Assembly (NCBI RefSeq): GCF_027921745.1
Contig: NC_079238.1
Location: 3,286,001 to 3,350,000, forward strand
Direction: 5' to 3'
DNA: 64,000 nt
DNA from: Schizosaccharomyces osmophilus
Taxonomy: Eukaryota
In this document: piece after piece, positions 14,101 to 24,740 of the stretch
How positions within the stretch are numbered: position 1 is the first letter of the stretch
Layout: each line of letters begins with the position of its first letter
Made by a program: the position numbers and the translations under genes
The notes under the pieces: generated by a model
The model's database searches: none
What the model was told of the DNA's origin: nothing
What the model saw: the letters and a program-made list of their open reading frames with translations, nothing else

Positions 14101-17100
14101 ATTCTAACTTTTTGTCTATTAAATCCAATAATGACAGCAATAATTTAGTTATTGAATCCAAACAAGACGAAAGACAAAGATACGCCCAACCATTGAAATT
14201 ATTTAACGTTTCGTATATAGATTTGGAAAGTACAATCAACTTAGCAGAAACGACACCCGCATTTGAAATTGTGCCAACATTAGAAAACATTTCCTCCATA
14301 ACGCTTACCGCAAATATCGGTGTCAAGTTATCGGAACTTAAAGTTTGGGAAACTAGTTCAACAATCTTGTCCCAAAACGACGCAGAAATTTCACGAAGTT
14401 GATCACATGCTGGATCTTTCAACGCTTGCAAATGCCAGGCAACTATGTCAGGGTTGCTTAAATGGTTAATAGCGTAAACCCAAGAATCTTTAGCATGAAA
14501 ATTTAAAAAACTATTTAAAGGGCGTCTCAATGGGCTTGACAAAAACCGACGAATAACTTTTTCAACATTTCCCACTGATGTTATTAAGTCACCCAAAAAC
14601 TGCACTGATAAAGGAGGCAAATCTTTAAAAACACTAACGAGCGTGACAATAACATCTATCCTTTGATTACTATTCAAGGAATAAATCGACAAACGTTCCA
14701 ATTCATTTGTGTCAGACAGCGCTGAAAAGTGTTGTAATAATTTTCGACCTATTTCAACTTTAAAATAATTCGTCAGCAGTCTTAACAGCCTAGAAAGACC
14801 CTCAAGACAATTAACAGATAACTTGTTGTGATCTGATAAATTCATCAGAATAGGTCGCAAGCCACTTTGAAGTAATTCTTTCGGTAGTTTTTGATTTTGG
14901 GACAACACATATTTTAACGCAGACATAGCCACAGAGTATATATCTTGTTGAGATGAATACAAAGACTTAAAGAAGATTGCAATTATTTTAGTTCTCGTTG
15001 GGAAATGTTGAGGATGGTCAAATTTCAAGGTTACCAGAGAAGAAAAAAGTAATTGTAAACAGGTAGCCCGCAACTTTCTTAACGACGATGTATCTTTGCT
15101 TTGTGAAGTTTTCAACATCGTAACTAAAGCATCGTCTTCTGCATCAGCTAACGCTATAGTTTCTCGAAACAATCTAATCAATTCATCGCTTAAGCCCAGG
15201 AATGATGGAGCCTGCTGTAAACAGTAATTTATGGCGTCTATATGTCCAATCTGAATTGTAAACGGAAGCGCTCTCAACGGCTTTCCAAATATAGGACCCA
15301 GTAATGCTTCTTTCGCAGGAGATAAGAGGGTTTCAATAGTAATCCCACAATCTTTTGAAATAGTTTCAATTAATTGCTTAACCGTTGCACGTATTTGATC
15401 ATTTGGATGGGGTAATTCGAGACAAAAGGGCATAAAAATTGAAGATATATGTTTAAGTTTATCTTCAAGGTGAGCAACATTGTCGGTGCAGTATTGTCTT
15501 ACCACATCAATTACAAATTCCTGAACTTCAGCTAGCCGTAGAACGCCAAAGTTTGATGGAGTATCCTTCAAAATAAAAAATAAGGCTCTCAGTATTTCTG
15601 TCAGTTTATATTCAAGCCAATGCCTTTTATCTAATGTGCATGAAAATAAAGCCCTTAGCCCTAAAAATCCAGCATTTTTCTGGTACCATAATTCCATATA
15701 ACAATATTGACACAACGTTCTAAAAAGCTGCTGGAAGCTAGGGAGTTTCCAAATATTGGACTCACAATCCATCAAAACTTTATGCGTATCTAAATAGTGA
15801 TTCATCAAAGCCAACGAATTTTCTCTTGTTGTAGTATTTTCGGAACACAGAGAGAGTAAAATTCCATCAATAAAACTTGTAATGTCAAGATAGCTTGAAT
15901 TCGCTTCCCTTATAAATACTTCCTGCTGATCTTTTAAAGCCAAGTTTTCATAAAACCTTAATACGCTGGAAATTACAATCCATTCAGCTGAACGTTGAAG
16001 AACAAAACCGGCTTCATCTTTGAAATTGCTGAACGCTTGAGCTTCAATCAAAGACTTAAAAATTGTAGATACAACTAAGGTTTGTTGATAAAACTTCTCA
16101 TTTTTTATAGGACCTAACCCATAAACGTTTATATTCTCAATTTGCTCGCTTAAAAGTTCAGCCAAATTACAGGAGATTGTATGCACTTTATCCCATATGG
16201 TATTGGGGTCGACAGAAGATTCAAAAAGGGCTAACAAAGAACCCTTTAAAAATCGAAATGCATCAGATTTCTCGGTTTGGGATGACTTTTGATCATATAT
16301 AGTCGAAGAAGCAGCAAACAAGTACTGGGAAAAATGAAAGTCCATTGATTTATTCGAGTTGAAGAACGAAAATTTTAATGCTGAGAGATCGCTCGGTCCT
16401 TTAATGTTATCAAACCCAAATGTACCAATGGAAATCTGTCGGTTTCTTCCACCCATTTTTCCTAAAATCCGAACCGCACTTTGGTGTAAGTGCATATTTG
16501 ATTGAGTTAAACGTAAATGATTCCATAGTGATGATAATAAATCAGACATTATAGGTTCCAACAGAGCATCAAAAAATTCCTGAGTGAGATTATCCAAGCA
16601 TAATTCAAAAATTCGAAGACCCTGACTAGCAATTTCGGGAGAGCCTTTGAACGCAATGACAAGAGGCTTCATCAGATAATTCATATGGGGAAGAAGAACA
16701 CTTAATCTAATAGGCAACGTCAAGCAGAGCTCAGCATAAAGTTCTTTGTGAGAAGTAAGGGTAGCAGTATACATTAACCTATTAAATGATTCTAACATTA
16801 GTTGCAGTAATGGCAAGATTTCTTTATAAAGGGAGTCAAATTTGCCTCCACTGATATTTCGAAACAGAGCCTTTAACAGATAGGCATAATTCAAAGGATG
16901 TGAAGCACTAGCAGAAGATTCTAAACAACTAGATATTATAAACGAAATGTGGGGATGTAATACTTCCTCATTTCTTTCCGGATAAACATTAACGGTCATA
17001 AACGCAAGCTTAAATAAACGAAGTAAGACAGATATTTCCGAAGATTGATCAGTGCCAACTTTCAAAATGTTTTTGCATAAAAAAGAGAGGACAATGTTTG

Positions 17101-19063
17101 TACAGTTCACTGAAGTTAACTCGGCTGTCATCCATGACTGAATCAAGTGCAACAACGCAAGATTTTCAACTAAACAATCAAAAACTTTTGGAAAAGTGGT
17201 TTCCAAAATCTCAACAAAACTTGAAGGATCCATACGGATGTACAGTGTTGCTAGAACCTCTATAAGTTCTTTTTGTTCCACCAACTTTGTTGTTTGGGCT
17301 ATAGATACTGGTTCCTGAGAAGAAGAAACAGACTTTTCACTTTTAATAAAATCCTCGGACTCTTCAACTTGATAATATCGGAAACCTTTTAAGCATTCAA
17401 TGAGTAAATCGCTTATAATGTCTAATTCAAATCTTGAGCCAAAATGTAACTTTGACGACCATTCTTGCTGCGTAAAAATTGATCCAGATGGGACAGGCAA
17501 ATTACATTGTTTTAATCCATAAAAAACCGTTTTCAATCCAAGTACGATGTTTTTAAATAGGAACAGCCGATCTTTTATCTTGTCCGGTATAGAAACTTCC
17601 GGTGAAGCGCTCGGGTTCCTAAACATTGGTAAATCATGGACTTTATCGTTAACATCATCAACATCATCAGGCTTTTTCACATTATTTTGAAGTTGTTCCA
17701 AATCAAAATTAAGGAGTTGAAGCTTCCTCAGAAGATTATTAAGTATTACAAACAAAAGAGGACGACGAACTGAAAAGTCGTCAAAGGCAACAATTGTCTC
17801 TATCATGTTTAGAATCAATTTCGTAGCCATGGCTTGTATTGCAGAAGTATAACTTGCTTCCATAATAACGCCAAAATAAATATTTATAGCTTTGTACACT
17901 TGGTTCGGTGTAAGATCCATCCGTACGTGATGAAGCAAATCAGCCAATGTACTAAACGCCATTGGCTTCAAATAATGTTGAGCACTTACACCTTGGCCAA
18001 CTAAAATTTTAATATCCAACAATTGGTCTATGTAAGGAATGAAACTTCTCAAATAATCCGTCGAGAGAATATGCCTTGTAGCGACAAGCAGTTCCTTCCT
18101 TGTATGATATAACTCGGAAGGGCAATCAGTGAATAATTGCATTGTGCAATGGGCAATCGAACTCTCGAACTGTTTTAAAGATGGGCCAAAACCACGGATT
18201 AAATATGCAAGGAAAGAAAAGGATTTGACTTGGGCAGACATCAGATCGTTATATTGAGAGTTTCGTCGCAAAGACGGTACGACACCGGAAAAAACTTCAT
18301 TTTGGGAGGCAGCTAATCTATGAGCCTCGGCTTGCGGCGTTGGACGAAGAGATATAAATTGGACAGCTAGGGATGCAAGTATAGGTAACCATTTCGGAAT
18401 TAAGTCTTTGTAGGATTGGAATAAGAGAAACACTATAACAGGACATTCATTAAGCATTTTAAAGCTTAAGGAAGCTTTAGGGATGAGTTTTGAACCTGTA
18501 GATTCAAAGCCAATTTCTGTAGGAGAAGCAGATAAAGGCCCAGAGGCAGGATGAGAGGAGGGAGTACTTGGGCCAGACCGTGAAGGGACAGCTTCTGCAA
18601 TGACAGAAGGCATTGAATTGTAAGCATCGGCAACAAGACTTAAAAAATCGTTCACATGCGCTTTAGAAGCTACACTAAAGTCTTTGAATAAATGAACTAT
18701 TAGTTTTAGAGCTAAAACAACCATTTCCTCATTATCATTGACTATAATTGGCAAGAGCAGCTTGAAGGTTCTGTCAACCCAAGCTTCGAACTCATTGTAC
18801 ATTGAGATTTTCTTGAGTACTTCTAGTAAGGTAATGCGAAGCCGGTGAGTAGCTGCTAAGGATGAAAAGACAGGTTGTTCTTTCTCAAGAAGCATCATAA
18901 TTGCTTCCAATAGAGGTTTCAAAGGTTCAAAAACTCTTCTTTGACTAAGTAATACATCGTCCAATGCATCTCGAATTTCAATTGCAGTGTTTGTCTTCTG
19001 TTTCGAATCCAATCCAACATCACATAGCCGATTACACCAATACTCACATTGTGTTCCGTCCAT
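8168..19063 (-). CDS. tra1: TRRAP/Tra1 PIKK-family pseudokinase (SAGA subunit), 3631 aa
   Basis: HEAT repeats, FAT domain, PI3K-like domain without DFG (CRREER...VPFRFTPNI), FATC ending LAQMDVLWAPWI. Position next to mcs2 and ubc7 favours tra1 over tra2. Confidence 0.95.
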   Translation of the reverse strand: MDGTQCEYWCNRLCDVGLDSKQKTNTAIEIRDALDDVLLSQRRVFEPLKPLLEAIMMLLEKEQPVFSSLAATHRLRITLLEVLKKISMYNEFEAWVDRTFKLLLPIIVNDNEEMVVLALKLIVHLFKDFSVASKAHVNDFLSLVADAYNSMPSVIAEAVPSRSGPSTPSSHPASGPLSASPTEIGFESTGSKLIPKASLSFKMLNECPVIVFLLFQSYKDLIPKWLPILASLAVQFISLRPTPQAEAHRLAASQNEVFSGVVPSLRRNSQYNDLMSAQVKSFSFLAYLIRGFGPSLKQFESSIAHCTMQLFTDCPSELYHTRKELLVATRHILSTDYLRSFIPYIDQLLDIKILVGQGVSAQHYLKPMAFSTLADLLHHVRMDLTPNQVYKAINIYFGVIMEASYTSAIQAMATKLILNMIETIVAFDDFSVRRPLLFVILNNLLRKLQLLNFDLEQLQNNVKKPDDVDDVNDKVHDLPMFRNPSASPEVSIPDKIKDRLFLFKNIVLGLKTVFYGLKQCNLPVPSGSIFTQQEWSSKLHFGSRFELDIISDLLIECLKGFRYYQVEESEDFIKSEKSVSSSQEPVSIAQTTKLVEQKELIEVLATLYIRMDPSSFVEILETTFPKVFDCLVENLALLHLIQSWMTAELTSVNCTNIVLSFLCKNILKVGTDQSSEISVLLRLFKLAFMTVNVYPERNEEVLHPHISFIISSCLESSASASHPLNYAYLLKALFRNISGGKFDSLYKEILPLLQLMLESFNRLMYTATLTSHKELYAELCLTLPIRLSVLLPHMNYLMKPLVIAFKGSPEIASQGLRIFELCLDNLTQEFFDALLEPIMSDLLSSLWNHLRLTQSNMHLHQSAVRILGKMGGRNRQISIGTFGFDNIKGPSDLSALKFSFFNSNKSMDFHFSQYLFAASSTIYDQKSSQTEKSDAFRFLKGSLLALFESSVDPNTIWDKVHTISCNLAELLSEQIENINVYGLGPIKNEKFYQQTLVVSTIFKSLIEAQAFSNFKDEAGFVLQRSAEWIVISSVLRFYENLALKDQQEVFIREANSSYLDITSFIDGILLSLCSENTTTRENSLALMNHYLDTHKVLMDCESNIWKLPSFQQLFRTLCQYCYMELWYQKNAGFLGLRALFSCTLDKRHWLEYKLTEILRALFFILKDTPSNFGVLRLAEVQEFVIDVVRQYCTDNVAHLEDKLKHISSIFMPFCLELPHPNDQIRATVKQLIETISKDCGITIETLLSPAKEALLGPIFGKPLRALPFTIQIGHIDAINYCLQQAPSFLGLSDELIRLFRETIALADAEDDALVTMLKTSQSKDTSSLRKLRATCLQLLFSSLVTLKFDHPQHFPTRTKIIAIFFKSLYSSQQDIYSVAMSALKYVLSQNQKLPKELLQSGLRPILMNLSDHNKLSVNCLEGLSRLLRLLTNYFKVEIGRKLLQHFSALSDTNELERLSIYSLNSNQRIDVIVTLVSVFKDLPPLSVQFLGDLITSVGNVEKVIRRFLSSPLRRPLNSFLNFHAKDSWVYAINHLSNPDIVAWHLQALKDPACDQLREISASFWDKIVELVSQTLSSDNLTPIFAVSVMEEMFSNVGTISNAGVVSAKLIVLSKSIYETLNNFNGWAYLCLSSCLDSITKLLLSLLDLIDKKLEFALEVFRYKAEDINNFLPTYIDILCQSLLEGNASSKKNVFLICSSILADKSVRPSFKSFLLEKVMNPLIFSAVQENNFIDKEVVHAVYNNIWRLSVREVSDSLTTSDSFRMEILCLSTGLCKYHSNMLNDYRKSIIMSAWNYLKSDDPMVKQAAYAAVSCFIAVYDTPAKIVTPVYVSLLKAYQSEVRSFLDFSLDCLLPVLVTRLPSPSDASFPLWAKLPRLVLSEDMQNISQSLNVYRIICKAPDLFFKNSKHFVVPIINALPKLVSLSGHEPRFLAIDLVNVLYLWQKKLLDSDTPNMSSDTIFPISVIETVLSFLIKYLSFFPEQVESAGLTKKALQTFSQFLKIPRWGEYNFGWDFFEKLLAKTDNDEKAAIIIANSWQVLGVYLEHKDLHFVQREHTNIIKLIDKNLRSGRLNIASSLKKTIIILLESRPTVVEDEEEVTEVDEFKQSFTSLLHDNLSNSSNVEATICYLQILQEGQPELLDALLTALNKVFQKIAKDHIVASLQNSYQSAVKTNVPAINDSANLLVALIDIIKVRMAALGDQRRWFLSVVVQLIEKSASYHLCCHILNVTKEWVVIKRDSFLTVKEKTALLLKMKTYEGRFNNELHKQANNLVSSIYRGPAFVQTELTARLKQAFLLATTYRDFETRLDFMTILDSSMSRNAYSRLKYIVEASSWDSIPNFYWIKQANYILLGAINTDDKVILSENSLRFLSIDDVAHGIPSINLDPSKRSQSEKSQVKLELFREQNMFFEQIKDLKISELLIPLMHLQLLSDQEACKLWNEVFPLAWSTLDGYDRDDLSKSLIYLLTREFHIKQVNNRPNVIGTLVSSFCNCSPKIELPPHLVKYLGKLYGIYHDAIIFLEGQLENSEDLYQSIKIQESRNDAISELYASLSEEDMFYGHCRRTSKYLQTQVALSYEQLGMWGRAQQLYEQAQTKARSEAFPFSESEYNLWEDHWVLCAQKLQQWDVLTELAKHEGSSELLLECAWRISDWSSNRESLEVAIKSLSDIPTPRKLTFQSFMTLQKSLNQPTSVKEFHQTLAEAIHLALLKWHQLPEKINQSHFPLLHLFQQFVELQEASNIYSYLSSINSQNLPTNVQCIKSALQVWQERLPNVWDDIGLWRDLLSWRQIIFSMVNRIYLPLIPKVQSTGNDPSSSSNTSFFFRGYHETAWLINRFAHVARKHKLPSVCLNQLTKIYSLPNIEIQEAFYKLREQVLCYLQNPKELKAGLDIVSNTNLMYFNSRQKSEFYSLKGKFLEKLGRDDEANQTYAAAVQVDLGLSEAWAEWGRYNDLNFRKSPENISAACNAVSCYLQAAGTYETYHARKMLVRVLWILSLDNEEKLITKSYESYKGEIPGWHWLTFIPQLLNNLAKNDKRVAPQVLKKVAKSYPQALFFLLRTAREELFQLKRAETTSQEQQAVKSETTEDFPAKPSWDYADEIMSILKTAYPLMALTMETLVDQIQTRFKGENDEDAFRLIIALLNDAMQHSIRSGILTEETRRPSSTESNLSLFVDNILPTPYKEKFRREFIDTPMGLKAYIRQLRKWRSYFERLLGKAPKKQYLEHYSSFLCEFHHQKFDEIEVFGQYLLHKDNNNNFSCIERFSPEVEFVVGHGVCYRKIIVRDNGGKLHSFVVQYPSGRNCRREERIMQFTRYLNDALNANTETRRRCLNFYVPAAVPLSSHIRLLQDQPSSVSLQRVYEEYSDMKKFSKDEPANAFTDELSKWMQNAASRFTSESNESEKQATKKELFTKRFTIYEEIQKLFVPSTMLKDYFSNTFTNFSDFWLFRKSFSYQYACFSFLTYILSINNRVPSKIYFSKKSGSVWTSEALPAMISSSPVYHNGEVVPFRFTPNISEFIGRTCRDGLLGPSIMAIARALSKPGFDLNMILGIFVADDVQWWINQHNKPQTAGFDFREKVISNSDLIVRRVASLSQVAFGNLPVNQTAIDYLTQASSAKVLAQMDVLWAPWI

Positions 19064-19580
19064 GGAATATATGGATCCAATAGCAGTATGTAAACTGAGT
19101 TAGTCCCTTCTCTACTATTATTTTTTGTCTAAGACCGTCAACGGTGGTGGATATAAAATAGGATAAGACTGGAGTGAGCTTAGAGTAAAGACTCGGTTAA
19201 GATTTGTAAACTCTTAGCAGAAGAAATTCATTAAACCATTCAGCGATTAAATTACGACCAGTTCTTAAGTAAAAAAAAGGATTTTTACACAACAGAAATA
19301 TTTTTTCACTATTATTTATAGCGATCTAAACATTTCTTTTTCCTATTCAAAAGAATCTCCTAATATGATCTTGTGAATACTAAAGAGCACACTATTCAAC
19401 ATTACTGAAGTACTGGCTACCTCTAAATAAATGAACAGTTTAGGGAACCTAGAATTAATTGAAAAGTTCGACCTTTTAAAGAAGGTTTGGGAAGTTTCCT
19501 TCTGTCACAAATATACAATAACAAAAAAGACTTGGTCCCTAAAAAAGTTGTACTATTAATTCATTTCAAAGATCGGCAAA

Positions 19581-20343
19581 ATGAGTAAGGCAATGGCACT
19601 GCGTCGCTTGATGAAAGAGTACAAGGAGTTGACTGAGAATGGTCCTGATGGAATTACAGCAGGACCTTCAAATGAGGATGACTTTTTTTATTGGGATTGC
19701 CTGGTTCAAGGACCCGACGGTACTCCCTACGAAGGTGGGTTGTATCCGGCGTCTCTTAAGTTCCCCCCGGTATGATTGCGATGGTGTGGACTCTTCGTAA
19801 ATGGGCATTCCATTCTTTTGACTCAATTAATTCTAAGCGTCTTAATGAAGAGCAGATATAAATTGAACTTTAGAATACCCACATTAAGCTTTGAATGAGT
19901 ATGCTCTTCAGATCATACTCATTGAGCTGATATGAGAGTTCAGTTAATAGGCTTGAATTTTTTGCTAATCGAATTATAGGATTATCCTCTAGGTCCACCC
20001 ACATTAAAATTCGAGTGTGAGTTTTTTCATCCTAACGGTAAGAGACGCAGCTTCGTTGCCATATGTTTCTTTAATTAACAAATTTCAAGTCTATCCAGAT
20101 GGTACAGTCTGTATTTCTATTTTACATGCTCCTGGAGATGATCCCAACATGTATGAGTCATCATCTGAACGATGGTCGCCGGTGCAGTCTGTAGAAAAAA
20201 TCTTGCTTTCTGTGATGTCAATGTTGGCAGAGCCGAACGATGAGAGTGGTGCCAATATAGACGCCTGCAAACTATACAGAGAAAATTATGAGTATTATTG
20301 CCATGTCGTCCGAAAGCTAGCTCGTAAAACTTTGGGTCTTTAA
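19581..20343 (+). CDS. ubc7: E2 ubiquitin-conjugating enzyme Ubc7; exons 19581-19769, 19980-20037, 20090-20343
   Basis: Spliced product [17 protein letters not shown]...[55 protein letters not shown], with the HPN motif, catalytic Cys and Ubc7 acidic loop. Confidence 0.95.
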
Positions 20344-20655
20344 AATGGTATTCAAAAAGTATAGAAGTTCTACTTATCCTTTATGTTGCTGACGCTTTTT
20401 TTGTTTCCATTACTCACTTTTCTTTCCTATGCTCCTCATGTCAGCTTTAAAGATTCTGCATTTGCAATAATTTATATTCGAACAAATAAATTCATCAACT
20501 ATTTTTTGAAGAATAATAAAGTACAATTTAACTACTATTGTAAACTTTCCAAGAACTAAGAACCAAAAATATAGAGTCGCCGTTAGCTTCTATTATAAGC
20601 CGTCAGAAGATTTGAGAAGCCAAAAATATGCAAACAAAGCTTGAAACTTATCCTC

Positions 20656-21093
20656 TCAAAAACTTTCCTGCTCATTCGGCTCTGTTTCTTCGTTTTCATT
20701 ACTTTTCGCGATTTCGTAATCAAGAAACAGCTCCATCACCTTTTGTTGATTCCGCACGTCGGCTTCATAAATTGCACTTTTATCGTGGTTATTTTTAAGA
20801 TGAAGATCTCCGCCAGCCTCTAATACTAACTTGCAGATATCAGCATGTCCATTTAGAGCTGCCCAGTGCATGGCTGTATTTCCGCTAGAGTTTTGAGCAT
20901 TCACAGTCTCTGGGGATAAATGGGGCAAAATTTTTTGGACGATATGAGTGTATCCATTAGCGCTTGCCATATGAAGTCCAGAATTTCCGTTTTCGTCTCT
21001 ACGATTTAGTTCACCAGGGCATTTTTCCAAAATTTCATCCAGCATCTCATCGTCAGGAGCTCGGCATGCGTATATGAGATCTTCAACATCCAT
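20656..21093 (-). CDS. yar1: Ankyrin-repeat Rps3 chaperone Yar1
   Basis: Two ankyrin repeats (GNSGLHMASANG, GNTAMHWAALNGH), acidic tail, 145 aa. Confidence 0.85.
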   Translation of the reverse strand: MDVEDLIYACRAPDDEMLDEILEKCPGELNRRDENGNSGLHMASANGYTHIVQKILPHLSPETVNAQNSSGNTAMHWAALNGHADICKLVLEAGGDLHLKNNHDKSAIYEADVRNQQKVMELFLDYEIAKSNENEETEPNEQESF

Positions 21094-21420
21094 TATGAAT
21101 CAAGTTTACACCTACAGGTTAAAAGATTAGCTTTAAATCGCCTTTGTTTACGTTGAAAGGGGCCCAAGGAATTTTTTATGGTGGTTACCGCGGCCAAGTT
21201 CTTTAACCCGCGGCACCTCCACCAATCCATCAAGAATTGTTTCTACTGCTGAATTCAAACCGATTATTACTCTGTGAAGGTTGTGTCTTGTACAAAAGGT
21301 TTTTTTATATTTTGTATCTTTTTCAAGTAATGAGTTTGAAGTTGGATTAAAAAATTGCATTTTCACGTTCTATTATTAGCATATTTTTTATAATTGTTGA
21401 CATTGCAGTTAATTACCCTC

Positions 21421-22886
21421 ATGGACATCACAAAACGCGTTTTTGTTGGAGGACTATCTTCTACCATTACAGAAGATGATTTAAAACCTCGATTTAACCG
21501 TTTTGGTAACGTTACCGAATTCACAATTGTTGAAAAACAGCTTCCTGTAGGAACATTTCAGAAATTTGCATATGTTACATTCGAAACCAACGAGGATAAC
21601 TGGAGAAAGTGCAAAATGCATCTTTCTAAAGCTACCTTTAAGGAAAGCGTGTTGAGGATTGAAGAAGCCAAGCCATATTTTAAGGATAGGTATGGAAGGA
21701 TGGAAAGGAGCTCTTTTTGGTCGTTACTTTCTTTGCTAACAGGAGTGATAGATTAAAATTGGAGAAGAACATTGAAGATGAACCAAGCGCTCAAGCTACT
21801 ACCACTAATCATTCTGAACCAGAACTTCCAAGTGATCCTGTTTTTCACGGAGAAATCATCCTACCTGGCAGACATGCTAAAGACATGAATCCTGTATCTG
21901 ATACAGATGTTAGGAAGACTACAGCTCGTAAGGGATGGAAGAAAGGACCTTACGGGCGAGCTATCGCTTTACTGAAGGTCTACAACAAGAAAAGTAGGAA
22001 AGTCAAGCGCTTTTATCCTTTGGGTAGAAACTGTTTACAGAAACTTTGGGGAAAAATTGATCCTAATATGGATAATGCTACTGCGTCGTATGACACGGAT
22101 AACGATTGCTACCTTACATACTCAGGAAGAAAAATTCCTCGTTCATTTATTGTACAACATGCGAAACAACCGAACTTGAGAACCAAACCTGTTGAGGAAA
22201 ATGATTTTGAAAATTTACGAGTTGCCGCTGAAGTTCCCGAAGAGCGAGGTTTACTCACCGATGAACAAATAAACCAACTTCGTGAAAAAGACAAGGACAC
22301 GGCGCAATCTGTTCTGGCAGAACTGTTTGGTCAGGATGAATTGGCCGAAACGTCAAAGAAAGAATTAGAAGCTAGCATCACTGTTGACGATAATAACAAA
22401 GATGAAGAACAAAAGACCGCTAACATTCCGTTGGATGGTTCCCATGAAGTTTCTGTTCCTCAAGAACTTGAGGCTTCTGAAAAACAGGCGGCTGTTGTGA
22501 ATGTTGAAAATCTGAAAGAAATGTTTACAAACAACGAAAATGAAGCTGCAGGCTTTTCTTTATTTGGCGGTGGTGACGAAGACCTCAGCGACGAAAATGA
22601 AGAAGACGAAGCAGAATATATGGGTGAGGAGGAAACTCAAGAGCAGCCTTTTATTCAAGTGGAATCTACTGCTGCTAAAGACGAGAAAGTATGGCCCATG
22701 CTTTTCCCTACCTCAACAAATTCTTTTCCGTATTTTCGTCCTTGTAGCCAACAAGTTGTACAAAAACAAGCTTTAGAGTCTTGGTGGAATGAAAACCGCT
22801 TGTTTTTGACCAGGGATTACAAACGCAAGCGTAAAGATGCAGTAAAGCGTCTGCGTCGAGCTCAACAAAAGCAAATCCAAGCTTAG
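21421..22886 (+). CDS. nop8: RRM-containing ribosome biogenesis protein (Nop8/NOL8-like); intron 21690-21751
   Basis: N-terminal RRM (KRVFVGGL...FAYVTF...LRIEEAKP), acidic middle, C-terminal WWNENRLFLTRDYKRKRKDA. Confidence 0.8.
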
Positions 22887-23261
22887 TGTTTTGGTGTTGA
22901 AGGACTCTTATCCTTTAAAAAAAAAAAAAAAGAAAAGCGCTTCTATCGAAAGCCGTCGTTAAGCGTTTAGGACAATGGGTATATATCAATGGTTTACTAT
23001 AAATTAATATTTTCTGTGTTTCTACGTACTTATCAATTGAAACAATTCATCTTTTAGATGTTTTTGAATCATCTTATAGCGTATTTTCTTCTAACATAAA
23101 ACCAAAATTCGAGATCAAACTTCCTTTCAATTTAATCAAGCATCCTTCATTTCAAAAATAAAAAAACTCTCGCTATTCCTCGGTAATCGTGGAGTCTGCA
23201 TGTTTAGCTGCCTCTAGTGTTTGTCTAGTGACCTAGATACCCACTCCCAGTATTTCATACA

Positions 23262-24740
23262 ATGGCATCAGCTGTATTCATTTTAAATTTAAAAGGGAAA
23301 CCCATCATATCTAGGGATTATCGGTAAGGTTTAAAGCCAACAATGCTTGCAGAAATGCAAATAACCCATACTTCTTCATTGAACAACATTAACCGATGTA
23401 GCGCCGATGTTCCTTTGTCAGCTGTTGAGAAGTTTATACCATTAATAACGGAAGTGGAAGAAGAAAATGGATGTGTAACGCCCTGCTTAACTCATGAAGG
23501 AATTAATGTATGTAATGAGCGGCAAGTCAACGGGACGTGTTTTGCAGCTCTTTCTCCAATTCTTATTTAATACTAATCTTAAAAGTATATTTATGTTCAA
23601 CATAACGATGTTTACCTCTTAGCTTTATCTAAAAGGAATACGGATGCAATGGAGATGCTTGTGTTTCTCAGAAAATTGGCAGATCTGTTTATAGATTACT
23701 TTAAAGAACTCCAAGAAGAATCTATTCGGGACAATTTTGTGCTGGTATATGAACTGCTAGACGAAGTGATGGATTTTGGATTTCCGCAAACCACCGAAAC
23801 CAAAATCCTTCAAGAATATATAACACAGACTTCTAATACCTCTCAAACACAAGTAGCACCGCCAATTGCGATGACAAATGCTATTTCTTGGCGTTCAGAA
23901 GGGATTCATTACCGTAAAAATGAGGTATTTTTGGACGTTATTGAATCCGTCAATTTGATCGCTGCACCTGATGGTACTATCATCCAGAGTGATATCCTCG
24001 GAAAGGTTCATTTGAAGTGTTTCTTGTCAGGAATGCCTGAACTTCGCCTGGGTCTTAATGATAAAGTGCTTTTTGAAGCAGCTGGTCGTACCATCAAAGG
24101 AAATGCAGTTGAGATGGAGGACGTAAAATTCCATCAATGTGTTCGTTTAGCAAGGTTCGAGAATGATCGAACTATTTCTTTTATTCCTCCTGACGGCGAA
24201 TTTGATCTCATGTCTTATCGTCTTAGCTCAAACGTATGTTTACCGAGTGTATATAATTTTAACTAACCTATTTAGTCGCGACCTCTCATTTGGGTTGAGT
24301 GTGACTCAGTCGTTCATTCAGGTTCTCGTGTGGAATTTATGGTAAAAGCAAAAGCTCAGTTCAAGAAGAGGTGTATCGCAAACAATGTCAAAATTATTAT
24401 ACCCGTTCCAGAAGACGCGGATAGTCCTCGATTTCAGTCGAGCAATGGTCATGTACAGTACGCTCCAGAACAAGCAGCGATGATTTGGAACATTAAAAAG
24501 TTTTCTGGGGGAAAGGAGTGTTTAATGCGAGCAGAAATGGGGTTACCAAGCGTCCGTGGAGAAGAAACAGCCAAACGTACAAAACGACCTGTTCAAATGA
24601 GCTTCGCGATTCCATATTTTACCACTTCTGGAATTCAAGTACGATACTTAAAAATTACTGAGCCTAAATTGAATTATCATGCTATGCCGTGGGTTAGATA
24701 TGTTACGCAGAATGGCAAAGAATATGCCATTCGCCAGTAA
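23262..24740 (+). CDS. apm1: AP-1 adaptor mu subunit, 3 introns
   Basis: MASAVFILNLKGKPIISRDYR; IRDNFVLVYELLDEVMDFGFPQ; SWRSEGIHYRKNEVFLDVIES; FIPPDGEFDLMSYR; SGIQVRYLKI...PWVRYVT. Confidence 0.95.

Noticed and set aside
8168..19063. Many short ORFs overlapping tra1 (and similar ones within tho2, tsc1, pub3, fmo1, gcs1)
   Set aside because: Shadow frames of long coding sequences, often with non-ATG starts and no motifs.
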